The notes beneath the pieces were generated by a model. It saw nothing but the letters and a program-made list of their open reading frames with translations. It made no database searches and was not told the DNA's origin. A program made the translations under genes and the position numbers. A stretch of DNA of 64,000 nt from Auanema rhodensis (Eukaryota; Animalia; Nematoda), in NCBI GenBank assembly GCA_964057225.1, contig OZ059898.1, forward strand, positions 18,104,001 to 18,168,000, given 5' to 3'. Shown piece after piece: positions 40,022 to 54,743 of this stretch (its first letter is position 1; each line of letters opens with the position of its first letter).

Positions 40022-43000
40022 AAAAAAATTTTTGTCAAAATGTTTTTGGAAGCAATGTTGAGTGTACATGGAAACTCAACATACACTAATGCATCATTTT
40101 TCAAACGATCATAACTAATTTTTGTATAAAGCGTTTCTCAATGTAGTATAGTGCATTCGATGCGGATTTTTAAGCTGCGTCGATCTGTATTATCAGATTT
40201 GCGCTAGCTTAAAAATGCACCGAGATATCAACTGATATAAGTTCACACTTATATCCTCGATTTTCACCCTGAAGAATTAATTTTTTTGTTGAATAACATT
40301 GTCCATCGTCTTTGCCTTGAAAAAAGGAATCTAAAAACATCTACTTTTTGCTAAATTATTTTGAAATTTTTTGAAAAAATTTTTGTCAAAATGTTTTTGG
40401 AAGCAATGTTGAGTGTACATGGAAACTCAACATACACTAATGCATCATTTTTCAAACGATCATAACTAATTTTTGTATAAAGCGTTTCTCAATGTAGTAT
40501 AGTGCATTCGATGCGGATTTTTAAGCTGCGTCGATCTGTATTATCAGATTTGCGCTAGCTTAAAAATGCACCGAGATATCAACTGATATAAGTTCACACT
40601 TATATCCTCGATTTTCACCCTGAAGAATTAATTTTTTTGTTGAAAAACATTGTCCATCGTGTTTGCCTTGAAAAAAGGAATCTAAAAACATCTACTTTTT
40701 GCTAAATTATTTTGAAATTTTTTGAAAAAATTTTTGTCAAAATGTTTTTGGAAGCAATGTTGAGTGTACATGGAAACTCAACATACACTAATGCATCATT
40801 TTTCAAACGATCATAACTAATTTTTGTATTAAGCGTTTCTCAAAGTAGTATAGTGCATTCGATGCGGATTTTTAAGCTGCGTCGATCTGTGTTATCAGAT
40901 TTGCGCTAGCTTAAAAATGCACCGAGATATCAACTGATATAAGTTCACACTTATTTCCTCGATTTTCACCCTGAAGAATTAATTTTTTCGTTGAATAACA
41001 TTGTCCATCGTCTTTGCCTTGAAAAAAGGAATCTAAAAACATCTACTTTCTGCTAAATTATTTTGAAATTTTTTGAAAAAATTTTTGTCAAAATGTTTTT
41101 GGAAGCAATGTTGAGTGAACATGGAAACTCAACATACACTAATGCATCATTTTTCGAACAATCATAACTAATTTTTGTATTAAGCGTTTCTCAATGTAGT
41201 ATAGTGCATTTGATGCGGATTTTTAAGCTGCGTCGATCTGTGTTATCAGATTTGCGCTAGCTTAAAAATGCACCGAGATATCAACTGATATAAGTTCACA
41301 CTTATTTCCTCGATTTTCACCCTGAAGAATTAATTTTTTCGTTGAATAACATTGTCCATCGTCTTTGCCTTGAAAAAAGGAATCTAAAAACATCTTCTTT
41401 TTGCTAAATTATCTTGAAATTTTTTGAAAAAATTTTTGTCAAAATGTTTTTGGAAGCAATGTTGAGTGTACATGGAAACTCAACATACACTAATGCATCA
41501 TTTTTCAAACGATCATAACTAATTTTTGTATAAAGCGTTTTTCAATGTAGTATAGTGCATTCGATGCGGATTTTTAAGCTGCGTCGATCTGTGTTATCAG
41601 ATTTGCGCTAGCTTAAAAATGCACCGAGATATCAACTGATATAAGTTCACACTTATATCCTCGATTTTCACCCTGAAGAATTAATTTTTTCGTTGAATAA
41701 CATTGTCCATCGTCTTTGCCTTGAAAAAAGGAATCTAAAAACATCTTCTTTTTGCTAAATTATTTTGAAATTTTTTGAAAAAACTTTTTGTCAAAATGTT
41801 TTTGGAAGCAATGTTGAGTGTACATGGAAACTCAACATACACTAATGCATCATTTTTCAAACGATCATAACTAATTTTTGTATAAAGCGTTTCTCAATGT
41901 AGTATAGTGCATTCGATGCGGATTTTTAAGCTGCGTCGATCTGTATTATCAGATTTGCGCTAGCTTAAAAATGCACCGAGATATCAACTGATATAAGTTC
42001 ACACTTATATCCTCGATTTTCACCCTGAAGAATTAATTTTTTTGTTGAATAACATTGTCCATCGTCTTTGCCTTGAAAAAAGGAATCTAAAAACATCTAC
42101 TTTTTGCTAAATTATTTTGAAATTTTTTGAAAAAATTTTTGTCAAAATGTTTTTGGAAGCAATGTTGAGTGTACATGGAAACTCAACATACACTAATGCA
42201 TCATTTTTCAAACGATCATAACTAATTTTTGTATAAAGCGTTTCTCAATGTAGTATAGTGCATTCGATGCGGATTTTTAAGCTGCGTCGATCTGTATTAT
42301 CAGATTTGCGCTAGCTTAAAAATGCACCGAGATATCAACTGATATAAGTTCACACTTATATCCTCGATTTTCACCCTGAAGAATTAATTTTTTTGTTGAA
42401 AAACATTGTCCATCGTGTTTGCCTTAAAAAAAGGAATCTAAAAACATCTACTTTTTGCTAAATTATTTTGAAATTTTTTGAAAAAATTTTTGTCAAAATG
42501 TTTTTGGAAGCAATGTTGAGTGTACATGGAAACTCAACATACACTAATGCATCATTTTTCAAACGATCATAACTAATTTTTGTATTAAGCGTTTCTCAAA
42601 GTAGTATAGTGCATTCGATGCGGATTTTTAAGCTGCGTCGATCTGTGTTATCAGATTTGCGCTAGCTTAAAAATGCACCGAGATATCAACTGATATAAGT
42701 TCACACTTATTTCCTCGATTTTCACCCTGAAGAATTAATTTTTTCGTTGAATAACATTGTCCATCGTCTTTGCCTTGAAAAAAGGAATCTAAAAACATCT
42801 ACTTTCTGCTAAATTATTTTGAAATTTTTTGAAAAAATTTTTGTCAAAATGTTTTTGGAAGCAATGTTGAGTGTACATGGAAACTCAACATACACTAATG
42901 CATCATTTTTCAAACGATCATAACTAATTTTTGTATAAAGCGTTTTTCAATGTAGTATAGTGCATTCGATGCGGATTTTTAAGCTGCGTCGATCTGTGTT

Positions 43001-43533
43001 ATCAGATTTGCGCTAGCTTAAAAATGCACCGAGATATCAACTGATATAAGTTCACACTTATTTCCTCGATTTTCACCCTGAAGAATTAATTTTTTCGTTG
43101 AATAACATTGTCCATCGTCTTTGCCTTGAAAAAAGGAATCTAAAAACATCTTCTTTTTGCTAAATTATCTTGAAATTTTTTGAAAAAATTTTTGTCAAAA
43201 TGTTTTTGGAAGCAATGTTGAGTGTACATGGAAACTCAACATACACTAATGCATCATTTTTCAAACGATCATAACTAATTTTTGTATAAAGCGTTTTTCA
43301 ATGTAGTATAGTGCATTCGATGCGGATTTTTAAGCTGCGTCGATCTGTGTTATCAGATTTGCGCTAGCTTAAAAATGCACCGAGATATCAACTGATATAA
43401 GTTCACACTTATATCCTCGATTTTCACCCTGAAGAATTAATTTTTTCGTTGAATAACATTGTCCATCGTCTTTGCCTTGAAAAAAGGAATCTAAAAACAT
43501 CTACTTTTTGCTAAATTATTTTGAAATTTTTTG
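40022..43533. repeat. 5-monomer tandem duplication (1756 bp)
   Basis: Marker actttctgct at 41050 and 42806. Paired ctgtatt monomers start at 40022/40374 and 41778/42130. Confidence 0.8.
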
Positions 43534-45629
43534 AAAAAATTTTTGTCAAAATGTTTTTGGAAGCAATGTTGAGTGTACATGGAAACTCAACATACACTAA
43601 TGCATCATTTTTCAAACGATCATAACTAATTTTTGTATTAAGCGTTTCTCAAAGTAGTATAGTGCATTCGATGCGGATTTTTAAGCTGCGTCGATCTGTG
43701 TTATCAGATTTGCGCTAGCTTAAAAATGCACCGAGATATCAACTGATATAAGTTCACACTTATTTCCTCGATTTTCACCCTGAAGAATTAATTTTTTCGT
43801 TGAATAACATTGTCCATCGTCTTTGCCTTGAAAAAAGGAATCTAAAAACATCTACTTTTTGCTAAATTATTTTGAAATTTTTTGAAAAAATTTTTGTCAA
43901 AATGTTTTTGGAAGCAATGTTGAGTGTACATGGAAACTCAACATACACTAATGCATCATTTTTCAAACGATCATAACTAATTTTTGTATTAAGCGTTTCT
44001 CAAAGTAGTATAGTGCATTCGATGCGGATTTTTAAGCTGCGTCGATCTGTGTTATCAGATCTGCGCTAGCTTAAAAATGCACCGAGATATCAACTGATAT
44101 AAGTTCACACTTATTTCCTCGATTTTCACCCTGAAGAATTAATTTTTTCGTTGAATAACATTGTCCATCGTCTTTGCCTTGAAAAAAGGAATCTAAAAAC
44201 ATCTACTTTTTGCTAAATTATTTTGAAATTTTTTGAAAAAATTTTTGTCAAAATGTTTTTGGAAGCAATGTTGAGTGTACATGGAAACTCAACATACACT
44301 AATGCATCATTTTTCAAACGATCATAACTAATTTTTGTATAAAGCGTTTTTCAATGTAGTATAGTGCATTCGATGCGGATTTTTAAGCTGCGTCGATCTG
44401 TGTTATCAGATTTGCGCTAGCTTAAAAATGCACCGAGATATCAACTGATATAAGTTCACACTTATTTCCTCGATTTTCACCCTGAAGAATTAATTTTTTC
44501 GTTGAATAACATTGTCCATCGTCTTTGCCTTGAAAAAAGGAATCTAAAAACATCTACTTTTTGCTAAATTATTTTGAAATTTTTTGAAAAAATTTTTGTC
44601 AAAATGTTTTTGGAAGCAATGTTGAGTGTACATGGAAACTCAACATACACTAATGCATCATTTTTCAAACGATCATAACTAATTTTTGTATAAAGCGTTT
44701 TTCAATGTAGTATAGTGCATTCGATGCGGATTTTTAAGCTGCGTCGATCTGTGTTATCAGATTTGCGCTAGCTTAAAAATGCACCGAGATATCAACTGAT
44801 ATAAGTTCACACTTATTTCCTCGATTTTCACCCTGAAGAATTAATTTTTTCGTTGAATAACATTGTCCATCGTCTTTGCCTTGAAAAAAGGAATCTAAAA
44901 ACATCTACTTTTTGCTAAATTATTTTGAAATTTTTTGAAAAAATTTTTGTCAAAATGTTTTTGGAAGCAATGTTGAGTGTACATGGAAACTCAACATACA
45001 CTAATGCATCATTTTTCAAACGATCATAACTAATTTTTGTATTAAGCGTTTCTCAAAGTAGTATAGTGCATTCGATGCGGATTTTTAAGCTGCGTCGATC
45101 TGTGTTATCAGATTTGCGCTAGCTTAAAAATGCACCGAGATATCAACTGATATAAGTTCACACTTATTTCCTCGATTTTCACCCTGAAGAATTAATTTTT
45201 TCGTTGAATAACATTGTCCATCGTCTTTGCCTTGAAAAAAGGAATCTAAAAACATCTACTTTTTGCTAAATTATTTTGAAATTTTTTGAAAAAATTTTTG
45301 TCAAAATGTTTTTGGAAGCAATGTTGAGTGTACATGGAAACTCAACATACACTAATGCATCATTTTTCAAACGATCATAACTAATTTTTGTATTAAGCGT
45401 TTCTCAAAGTAGTATAGTGCATTCGATGCGGATTTTTAAGCTGCGTCGATCTGTGTTATCAGATCTGCGCTAGCTTAAAAATGCACCGAGATATCAACTG
45501 ATATAAGTTCACACTTATTTCCTCGATTTTCACCCTGAAGAATTAATTTTTTCGTTGAATAACATTGTCCATCGTCTTTGCCTTGAAAAAAGGAATCTAA
45601 AAACATCTACTTTTTGCTAAATTATTTTG

Positions 45630-45634
45630 AAATG
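45630..45634. other. Junction of a 25-bp deletion across a monomer boundary
   Basis: The sequence reads ttttgaaat|gtttttgg instead of ttttgaaat-tttttgaaaaaatttttgtcaaaat-gtttttgg, and downstream monomer starts shift by -25. Confidence 0.95.
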
Positions 45635-48600
45635 TTTTTGGAAGCAATGTTGAGTGTACATGGAAACTCAACATACACTAATGCATCATTTTTCAAACGA
45701 TCATAACTAATTTTTGTATAAAGCGTTTTTCAATGTAGTATAGTGCATTCGATGCGGATTTTTAAGCTGCGTCGATCTGTGTTATCAGATTTGCGCTAGC
45801 TTAAAAATGCACCGAGATATCAACTGATATAAGTTCACACTTATTTCCTCGATTTTCACCCTGAAGAATTAATTTTTTCGTTGAATAACATTGTCCATCG
45901 TCTTTGCCTTGAAAAAAGGAATCTAAAAACATCTTCTTTTTGCTAAATTATCTTGAAATTTTTTGAAAAAATTTTTGTCAAAATGTTTTTGGAAGCAATG
46001 TTGAGTGTACATGGAAACTCAACATACACTAATGCATCATTTTTCAAACGATCATAACTAATTTTTGTATAAAGCGTTTTTTAATGTAGTATAGTGCATT
46101 CGATGCAGATTTTTAAGCTGCGTCGATCTGTGTTATCAGATTTGCGCTAGCTTAAAAATGCACCGAGATATCAACTGATATAAGTTCACACTTATTTCCT
46201 CGATTTTCACCCTGAAGAATTAATTTTTTCGTTGAATAACATTGTCCATCGTCTTTGCCTTGAAAAAAGGAATCTAAAAACATCTACTTTTTGCTAAATT
46301 ATTTTGAAATTTTTTGAAAAAATTTTTGTCAAAATGTTTTTGGAAGCAATGTTGAGTGTACATGGAAACTCAACATACACTAATGCATCATTTTTCAAAC
46401 GATCATAACTGATTTTTGTATTAAGCGTTTCTCAAAGTAGTATAGTGCATTCGATGCGGATTTTTAAGCTGCGTCGATCTGTGTTATCAGATCTGCGCTA
46501 GCTTAAAAATGCACCGAGATATCAACTGATATAAGTTCACACTTATTTCCTCGATTTTCACCCTGAAGAATTAATTTTTTCGTTGAATAACATTGTCCAT
46601 CGTCTTTGCCTTGAAAAAAGGAATCTAAAAACATCTACTTTTTGCTAAATTATTTTGAAATTTTTTGAAAAAATTTTTGTCAAAATGTTTTTGGAAGCAA
46701 TGTTGAGTGTACATGGAAACTCAACATACACTAATGCATCATTTTTCAAACGATCATAACTAATTTTTGTATAAAGCGTTTTTCAATGTAGTATAGTGCA
46801 TTCGATGCGGATTTTTAAGCTGCGTCGATCTGTGTTATCAGATTTGCGCTAGCTTAAAAATGCACCGAGATATCAACTGATATAAGTTCACACTTATTTC
46901 CTCGATTTTCACCCTGAAGAATTAATTTTTTCGTTGAATAACATTGTCCATCGTCTTTGCCTTGAAAAAAGGAATCTAAAAACATCTACTTTTTGCTAAA
47001 TTATTTTGAAATTTTTTGAAAAAATTTTTGTCAAAATGTTTTTGGAAGCAATGTTGAGTGTACATGGAAACTCAACATACACTAATGCATCATTTTTCAA
47101 ACGATCATAACTAATTTTTGTATAAAGCGTTTTTCAATGTAGTATAGTGCATTCGATGCGGATTTTTAAGCTGCGTCGATCTGTGTAATCAGATTTGCGC
47201 TAGCTTAAAAATGCACCGAGATATCAACTGATATAAGTTCACACTTATTTCCTCGATTTTCACCCTGAAGAATTAATTTTTTCGTTGAATAACATTGTCC
47301 ATCGTCTTTGCCTTGAAAAAAGGAATCTAAAAACATCTTCTTTTTGCTAAATTATCTTGAAATTTTTTGAAAAAATTTTTGTCAAAATGTTTTTGGAAGC
47401 AATGTTGAGTGTACATGGAAACTCAACATACACTAATGCATCATTTTTCAAACGATCATAACTAATTTTTGTATAAAGCGTTTTTCAATGTAGTATAGTG
47501 CATTCGATGCGGATTTTTAAGCTGCGTCGATCTGTGTTATCAGATTTGCGCTAGCTTAAAAATGCACCGAGATATCAACTGATATAAGTTCACACTTATT
47601 TCCTCGATTTTCACCCTGAAGAATTAATTTTTTCGTTGAATAACATTGTCCATCGTCTTTGCCTTGAAAAAAGGAATCTAAAAACATCTACTTTTTGCTA
47701 AATTATTTTGAAATTTTTTGAAAAAATTTTTGTCAAAATGTTTTTGGAAGCAATGTTGAGTGTACATGGAAACTCAACATACACTAATGCATCATTTTTC
47801 AAACGATCATAACTAATTTTTGTATAAAGCGTTTTTCAATGTAGTATAGTGCATTCGATGCGGATTTTTAAGCTGCGTCGATCTGTGTTATCAGATTTGC
47901 GCTAGCTTAAAAATGCACCGAGATATCAACTGATATAAGTTCACACTTATTTCCTCGATTTTCACCCTGAAGAATTAATTTTTTCGTTGAATAACATTGT
48001 CCATCGTCTTTGCCTTGAAAAAAGGAATCTAAAAACATCTACTTTTTGCTAAATTATTTTGAAATTTTTTGAAAAAAGTTTTGTCAAAATGTTTTTGGAA
48101 GCAATGTTGAGTGTACATGGAAACTCAACATACACTAATGCATTATTTTTCAAACGATCATAACTAATTTTTGTATTAAGCGTTTCTCAATGTAGTATAT
48201 TGCATTCGATGCGGATTTTTAAGCTGCGTCGATCTGTGTTATCAGATTTGCGCTAGCTTAAAAATGCACCGAGATATCAACTGATATAAGTTCACACTTA
48301 TATCCTCGATTTTCACCCTGAAGAATTAATTTTTTCGTTGAATAACATTGTCCATCGTCTTTGCCTTGAAAAAAGGAATCTAAAAACATCTTCTTTTTGC
48401 TAAATTATTTTGAAATTTTTTGAAAAAATTTTTGTCAAAATGTTTTTGGAAGCAATGTTGAGTGTACATGGAAACTCAACATACACTAATGCATCATTTT
48501 TCAAACGATCATAACTAATTTTTGTATAAAGCGTTTTTCAATGTAGTATAGTGCATTCGATGCGGATTTTTAAGCTGCGTCGATCTGTGTTATCAGATTT

Positions 48601-49475
48601 GCGCTAGCTTAAAAATGCACCGAGATATCAACTGATATAAGTTCACACTTATTTCCTCGATTTTCACCCTGAAGAATTAATTTTTTCGTTGAATAACATT
48701 GTCCATCGTCTTTGCCTTGAAAAAAGGAATCTAAAAACATCTACTTTTTGCTAAATTATTTTGAAATTTTTTGAAAAAATTTTTGTCAAAATGTTTTTGG
48801 AAGCAATGTTGAGTGTACATGGAAACTCAACATACACTAATGCATCATTTTTCAAACGATCATAACTAATTTTTGTATTAAGCGTTTCTCAAAGTAGTAT
48901 AGTGCATTCGATGCGGATTTTTAAGCTGCGTCGATCTGTGTTATCAGATCTGCGCTAGCTTAAAAATGCACCGAGATATCAACTGATATAAGTTCACACT
49001 TATTTCCTCGATTTTCACCCTGAAGAATTAATTTTTTCGTTGAATAACATTGTCCATCGTCTTTTCCTTGAAAAAAGGAATCTAAAAACATCTACTTTTT
49101 GCTAAATTATTTTGAAATTTTTTGAAAAAATTTTTGTCAAAATGTTTTTGGAAGCAATGTTGAGTGTACATGGAAACTCAACATACACTAATGCATCATT
49201 TTTCAAACGATCATAACTAATTTTTGTATAAAGCGTTTTTCAATGTAGTATAGTGCATTCGATGCGGATTTTTAAGCTGCGTCGATCTGTGTTATCAGAT
49301 TTGCGCTAGCTTAAAAATGCACCGAGATATCAACTGATATAAGTTCACACTTATTTCCTCGATTTTCACCCTGAAGAATTAATTTTTTCGTTGAATAACA
49401 TTGTCCATCGTCTTTGCCTTGAAAAAAGGAATCTAAAAACATCTTCTTTTTGCTAAATTATCTTGAAATTTTTTG

Positions 49476-52400
49476 AAAAAATTTTTGTTAAAATGTTTTT
49501 GGAAGCAATGTTGAGTGTACATGGAAACTCAACATACACTAATGCATCATTTTTCAAACGATCATAACTAATTTTTGTATAAAGCGTTTTTCAATGTAGT
49601 ATAGTGCATTCGATGCAGATTTTTAAGCTGCGTCGATCTGTGTTATCAGATTTGCGCTAGCTTAAAAATGCACCGAGATATCAACTGATATAAGTTCACA
49701 CTTATTTCCTCGATTTTCACCCTGAAGAATTAATTTTTTCGTTGAATAACATTGTCCATCGTCTTTGCCTTGAAAAAAGGAATCTAAAAACATCTACTTT
49801 TTGCTAAATTATTTTGAAATTTTTTGAAAAAATTTTTGTCAAAATGTTTTTGGAAGCAATGTTGAGTGTACATGGAAACTCAACATACACTAATGCATCA
49901 TTTTTCAAACGATCATAACTAATTTTTGTATTAAGCGTTTCTCAAAGTAGTATAGTGCATTCGATGCGGATTTTTAAGCTGCGTCGATCTGTGTTATCAG
50001 ATCTGCGCTAGCTTAAAAATGCACCGAGATATCAACTGATATAAGTTCACACTTATTTCCTCGATTTTCACCCTGAAGAATTAATTTTTTCGTTGAATAA
50101 CATTGTCCATCGTCTTTGCCTTGAAAAAAGGAATCTAAAAACATCTACTTTTTGCTAAATTATTTTGAAATTTTTTGAAAAAATTTTTGTCAAAATGTTT
50201 TTGGAAGCAATGTTGAGTGTACATGGAAACTCAACATACACTAATGCATCATTTTTCAAACGATCATAACTAATTTTTGTATAAAGCGTTTTTCAATGTA
50301 GTATAGTGCATTCGATGCGGATTTTTAAGCTGCGTCGATCTGTGTTATCAGATTTGCGCTAGCTTAAAAATGCACCGAGATATCAACTGATATAAGTTCA
50401 CACTTATTTCCTCGATTTTCACCCTGAAGAATTAATTTTTTCGTTGAATAACATTGTCCATCGTCTTTGCCTTGAAAAAAGGAATCTAAAAACATCTACT
50501 TTTTGCTAAATTATTTTGAAATTTTTTGAAAAAATTTTTGTCAAAATGTTTTTGGAAGCAATGTTGAGTGTACATGGAAACTCAACATACACTAATGCAT
50601 CATTTTTCAAACGATCATAACTAATTTTTGTATTAAGCGTTTCTCAAAGTAGTATAGTGCATTCGATGCGGATTTTTAAGCTGCGTCGATCTGTGTTATC
50701 AGATTTGCGCTAGCTTAAAAATGCACCGAGATATCAACTGATATAAGTTCACACTTATTTCCTCGATTTTCACCCTGAAGAATTAATTTTTTCGTTGAAT
50801 AACATTGTCCATCGTCTTTGCCTTGAAAAAAGGAATCTAAAAACATCTTCTTTTTGCTAAATTATTTTGAAATTTTTTGAAAAAAATTTTTGTCAAAATG
50901 TTTTTGGAAGCAATGTTGAGTGTACATGGAAACTCAACATACACTAATGCATCATTTTTCAAACGATCATAACTAATTTTTGTATAAAGCGTTTCTCAAT
51001 GTAGTATAGTGCATTCGATGCGGATTTTTAAGCTGCGTCGATCTGTATTATCAGATTTGCGCTAGCTTAAAAATGCACCGAGATATCAACTGATATAAGT
51101 TCACACTTATATCCTCGATTTTCACCCTGAAGAATTAATTTTTTTGTTGAATAACATTGTCCATCGTCTTTGCCTTGAAAAAAGGAATCTAAAAACATCT
51201 ACTTTTTGCTAAATTATTTTGAAATTTTTTGAAAAAATTTTTGTCAAAATGTTTTTGGAAGCAATGTTGAGTGTACATGGAAACTCAACATACACTAATG
51301 CATCATTTTTCAAACGATCATAACTAATTTTTGTATTAAGCGTTTCTCAATGTAGTATAGTGCATTCGATGCGGATTTTTAAGCTGCGTCGATCTGTGTT
51401 ATCAGATTTGCGCTAGCTTAAAAATGCACCGAGATATCAACTGAAATAAGTTCACACTTATATCCTCGATTTTCACCCTGAAGAATTAATTTTTTTGTTG
51501 AAAAACATTGTCCATCGTGTTTGCCTTGAAAGAAGGAATCTAAAAACATCTACTTTTTGCTAAATTATTTTGAAATTTTTTGAAAAAATTTTTGTCAAAA
51601 TGTTTTTGGAAGCAATGTTGAGTGTACATGGAAACTCAACATACACTAATGCATCATTTTTCAAACGATCATAACTAATTTTTGTATAAAGCGTTTTTCA
51701 ATGTAGTATAGTGCATTCGATGCAGATTTTTAAGCTGCGTCGATCTGTGTTATCAGATTTGCGCTAGCTTAAAAATGCACCGAGATATCAACTGATATAA
51801 GTTCACACTTATTTCCTCGATTTTCACCCTGAAGAATTAATTTTTTCGTTGAATAACATTGTCCATCGTCTTTGCCTTGAAAAAAGGAATCTAAAAACAT
51901 CTACTTTTTGCTAAATTATTTTGAAATTTTTTGAAAAAATTTTTGTCAAAATGTTTTTGGAAGCAATGTTGAGTGTACATGGAAACTCAACATACACTAA
52001 TGCATCATTTTTCAAACGATCATAACTAATTTTTGTATTAAGCGTTTCTCAAAGTAGTATAGTGCATTCGATGCGGATTTTTAAGCTGCGTCGATCTGTG
52101 TTATCAGATCTGCGCTAGCTTAAAAATGCACCGAGATATCAACTGATATAAGTTCACACTTATTTCCTCGATTTTCACCCTGAAGAATTAATTTTTTCGT
52201 TGAATAACATTGTCCATCGTCTTTGCCTTGAAAAAAGGAATCTAAAAACATCTACTTTTTGCTAAATTATTTTGAAATTTTTTGAAAAAATTTTTGTCAA
52301 AATGTTTTTGGAAGCAATGTTGAGTGTACATGGAAACTCAACATACACTAATGCATCATTTTTCAAACGATCATAACTAATTTTTGTATAAAGCGCTTTT

Positions 52401-54743
52401 CAATGTAGTATAGTGCATTCGATGCGGATTTTTAAGCTGCGTCGATCTGTGTTATCAGATTTGCGCTAGCTTAAAAATGCACCGAGATATCAACTGATAT
52501 AAGTTCACACTTATTTCCTCGATTTTCACCCTGAAGAATTAATTTTTTCGTTGAATAACATTGTCCATCGTCTTTGCCTTGAAAAAAGGAATCTAAAAAC
52601 ATCTACTTTTTGCTAAATTATTTTGAAATTTTTTGAAAAAATTTTTGTCAAAATGTTTTTGGAAGCAATGTTGAGTGTACATGGAAACTCAACATACACT
52701 AATGCATCATTTTTCAAACGATCATAACTAATTTTTGTATTAAGCGTTTCTCAAAGTAGTATAGTGCATTCGATGCGGATTTTTAAGCTGCGTCGATCTG
52801 TGTTATCAGATTTGCGCTAGCTTAAAAATGTACCGAGATATCAACTGATATAAGTTCACACTTATTTCCTCGATTTTCACCCTGAAGAATTAATTTTTTC
52901 GTTGAATAACATTGTCCATCGTCTTTGCCTTGAAAAAAGGAATCTAAAAACATCTTCTTTTTGCTAAATTATTTTGAAATTTTTTGAAAAAAATTTTTGT
53001 CAAAATGTTTTTGGAAGCAATGTTGAGTGTACATGGAAACTCAACATACACTAATGCATCATTTTTCAAACGATCATAACTAATTTTTGTATAAAGCGTT
53101 TCTCAATGTAGTATAGTGCATTCGATGCGGATTTTTAAGCTGCGTCGATCTGTATTATCAGATTTGCGCTAGCTTAAAAATGCACCGAGATATCAACTGA
53201 TATAAGTTCACACTTATATCCTCGATTTTCACCCTGAAGAATTAATTTTTTTGTTGAATAACATTGTCCATCGTCTTTGCCTTGAAAAAAGGAATCTAAA
53301 AACATCTACTTTTTGCTAAATTATTTTGAAATTTTTTGAAAAAATTTTTGTCAAAATGTTTTTGGAAGCAATGTTGAGTGTACATGGAAACTCAACATAC
53401 ACTAATGCATCATTTTTCAAACGATCATAACTAATTTTTGTATTAAGCGTTTCTCAATGTAGTATAGTGCATTCGATGCGGATTTTTAAGCTGCGTCGAT
53501 CTGTGTTATCAGATTTGCGCTAGCTTAAAAATGCACCGAGATATCAACTGAAATAAGTTCACACTTATTTCCTCGATTTTCACCCTGAAGAATTAATTTT
53601 TTTGTTGAAAACCATTGTCCATCGTGTTTGCCTTGAAAAAAGGAATCTAAAAACATCTACTTTTTGCTAAATTATTTTGAAATTTTTTGAAAAAATTTTT
53701 GTCAAAATATTTTTGGAAGCAATGTTGAGTGTACATGGAAACTCAACATACACTAATGCATCATTTTTCAAACGATCATAACTAATTTTTGTATTGAGCG
53801 TTTCTCAAAGTAGTATAGTGCATTCGATGCGGATTTTTAAGCTGCGTCGATCTGTGTTATCAGATTTGCGCTAGCTTAAAAATGCACCGAGATATCAACT
53901 GATATAAGTTCACACTTATTTCCTCGATTTTCACCCTGAAGAATTAATTTTTTCGTTGAATAACATTGTCCATCGTCTTTGCCTTGAAAAAAGGAATCTA
54001 AAAACATCTTCTTTTTGCTAAATTATTTTGAAATTTTTTGAAAAAAATTTTTGTCAAAATGTTTTTGGAAGCAATGTTGAGTGTACATGGAAACTCAACA
54101 TACACTAATGCATCATTTTTCAAACGATCATAACTAATTTTTGTATAAAGCGTTTCTCAATGTAGTATAGTGCATTCGATGCGGATTTTTAAGCTGCGTC
54201 GATCTGTATTATCAGATTTGCGCTAGCTTAAAAATGCACCGAGATATCAACTGATATAAGTTCACACTTATATCCTCGATTTTCACCCTGAAGAATTAAT
54301 TTTTTTGTTGAATAACATTGTCCATCGTCTTTGCCTTGAAAAAAGGAATCTAAAAACATCTACTTTTTGCTAAATTATTTTGAAATTTTTTGAAAAAATT
54401 TTTGTCAAAATGTTTTTGGAAGCAATGTTGAGTGTACATGGAAACTCAACATACACTAATGCATCATTTTTCAAACGATCATAACTAATTTTTGTATTAA
54501 GCGTTTCTCAATGTAGTATAGTGCATTCGATGCGGATTTTTAAGCTGCGTCGATCTGTGTTATCAGATTTGCGCTAGCTTAAAAATGCACCGAGATATCA
54601 ACTGAAATAAGTTCACACTTATATCCTCGATTTTCACCCTGAAGAATTAATTTTTTTGTTGAAAAACATTGTCCATCGTGTTTGCCTTGAAAGAAGGAAT
54701 CTAAAAACATCTACTTTTTGCTAAATTATTTTGAAATTTTTTG
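49476..54743. repeat. 6-monomer tandem duplication (2107 bp) followed by a further 3-monomer copy
   Basis: gatgcagat at 49617 and 51724. 7-A ctgtatt monomers start at 50880, 52987 and 54041. Marker gaaagaagg at 51532 and 54693. Confidence 0.8.
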
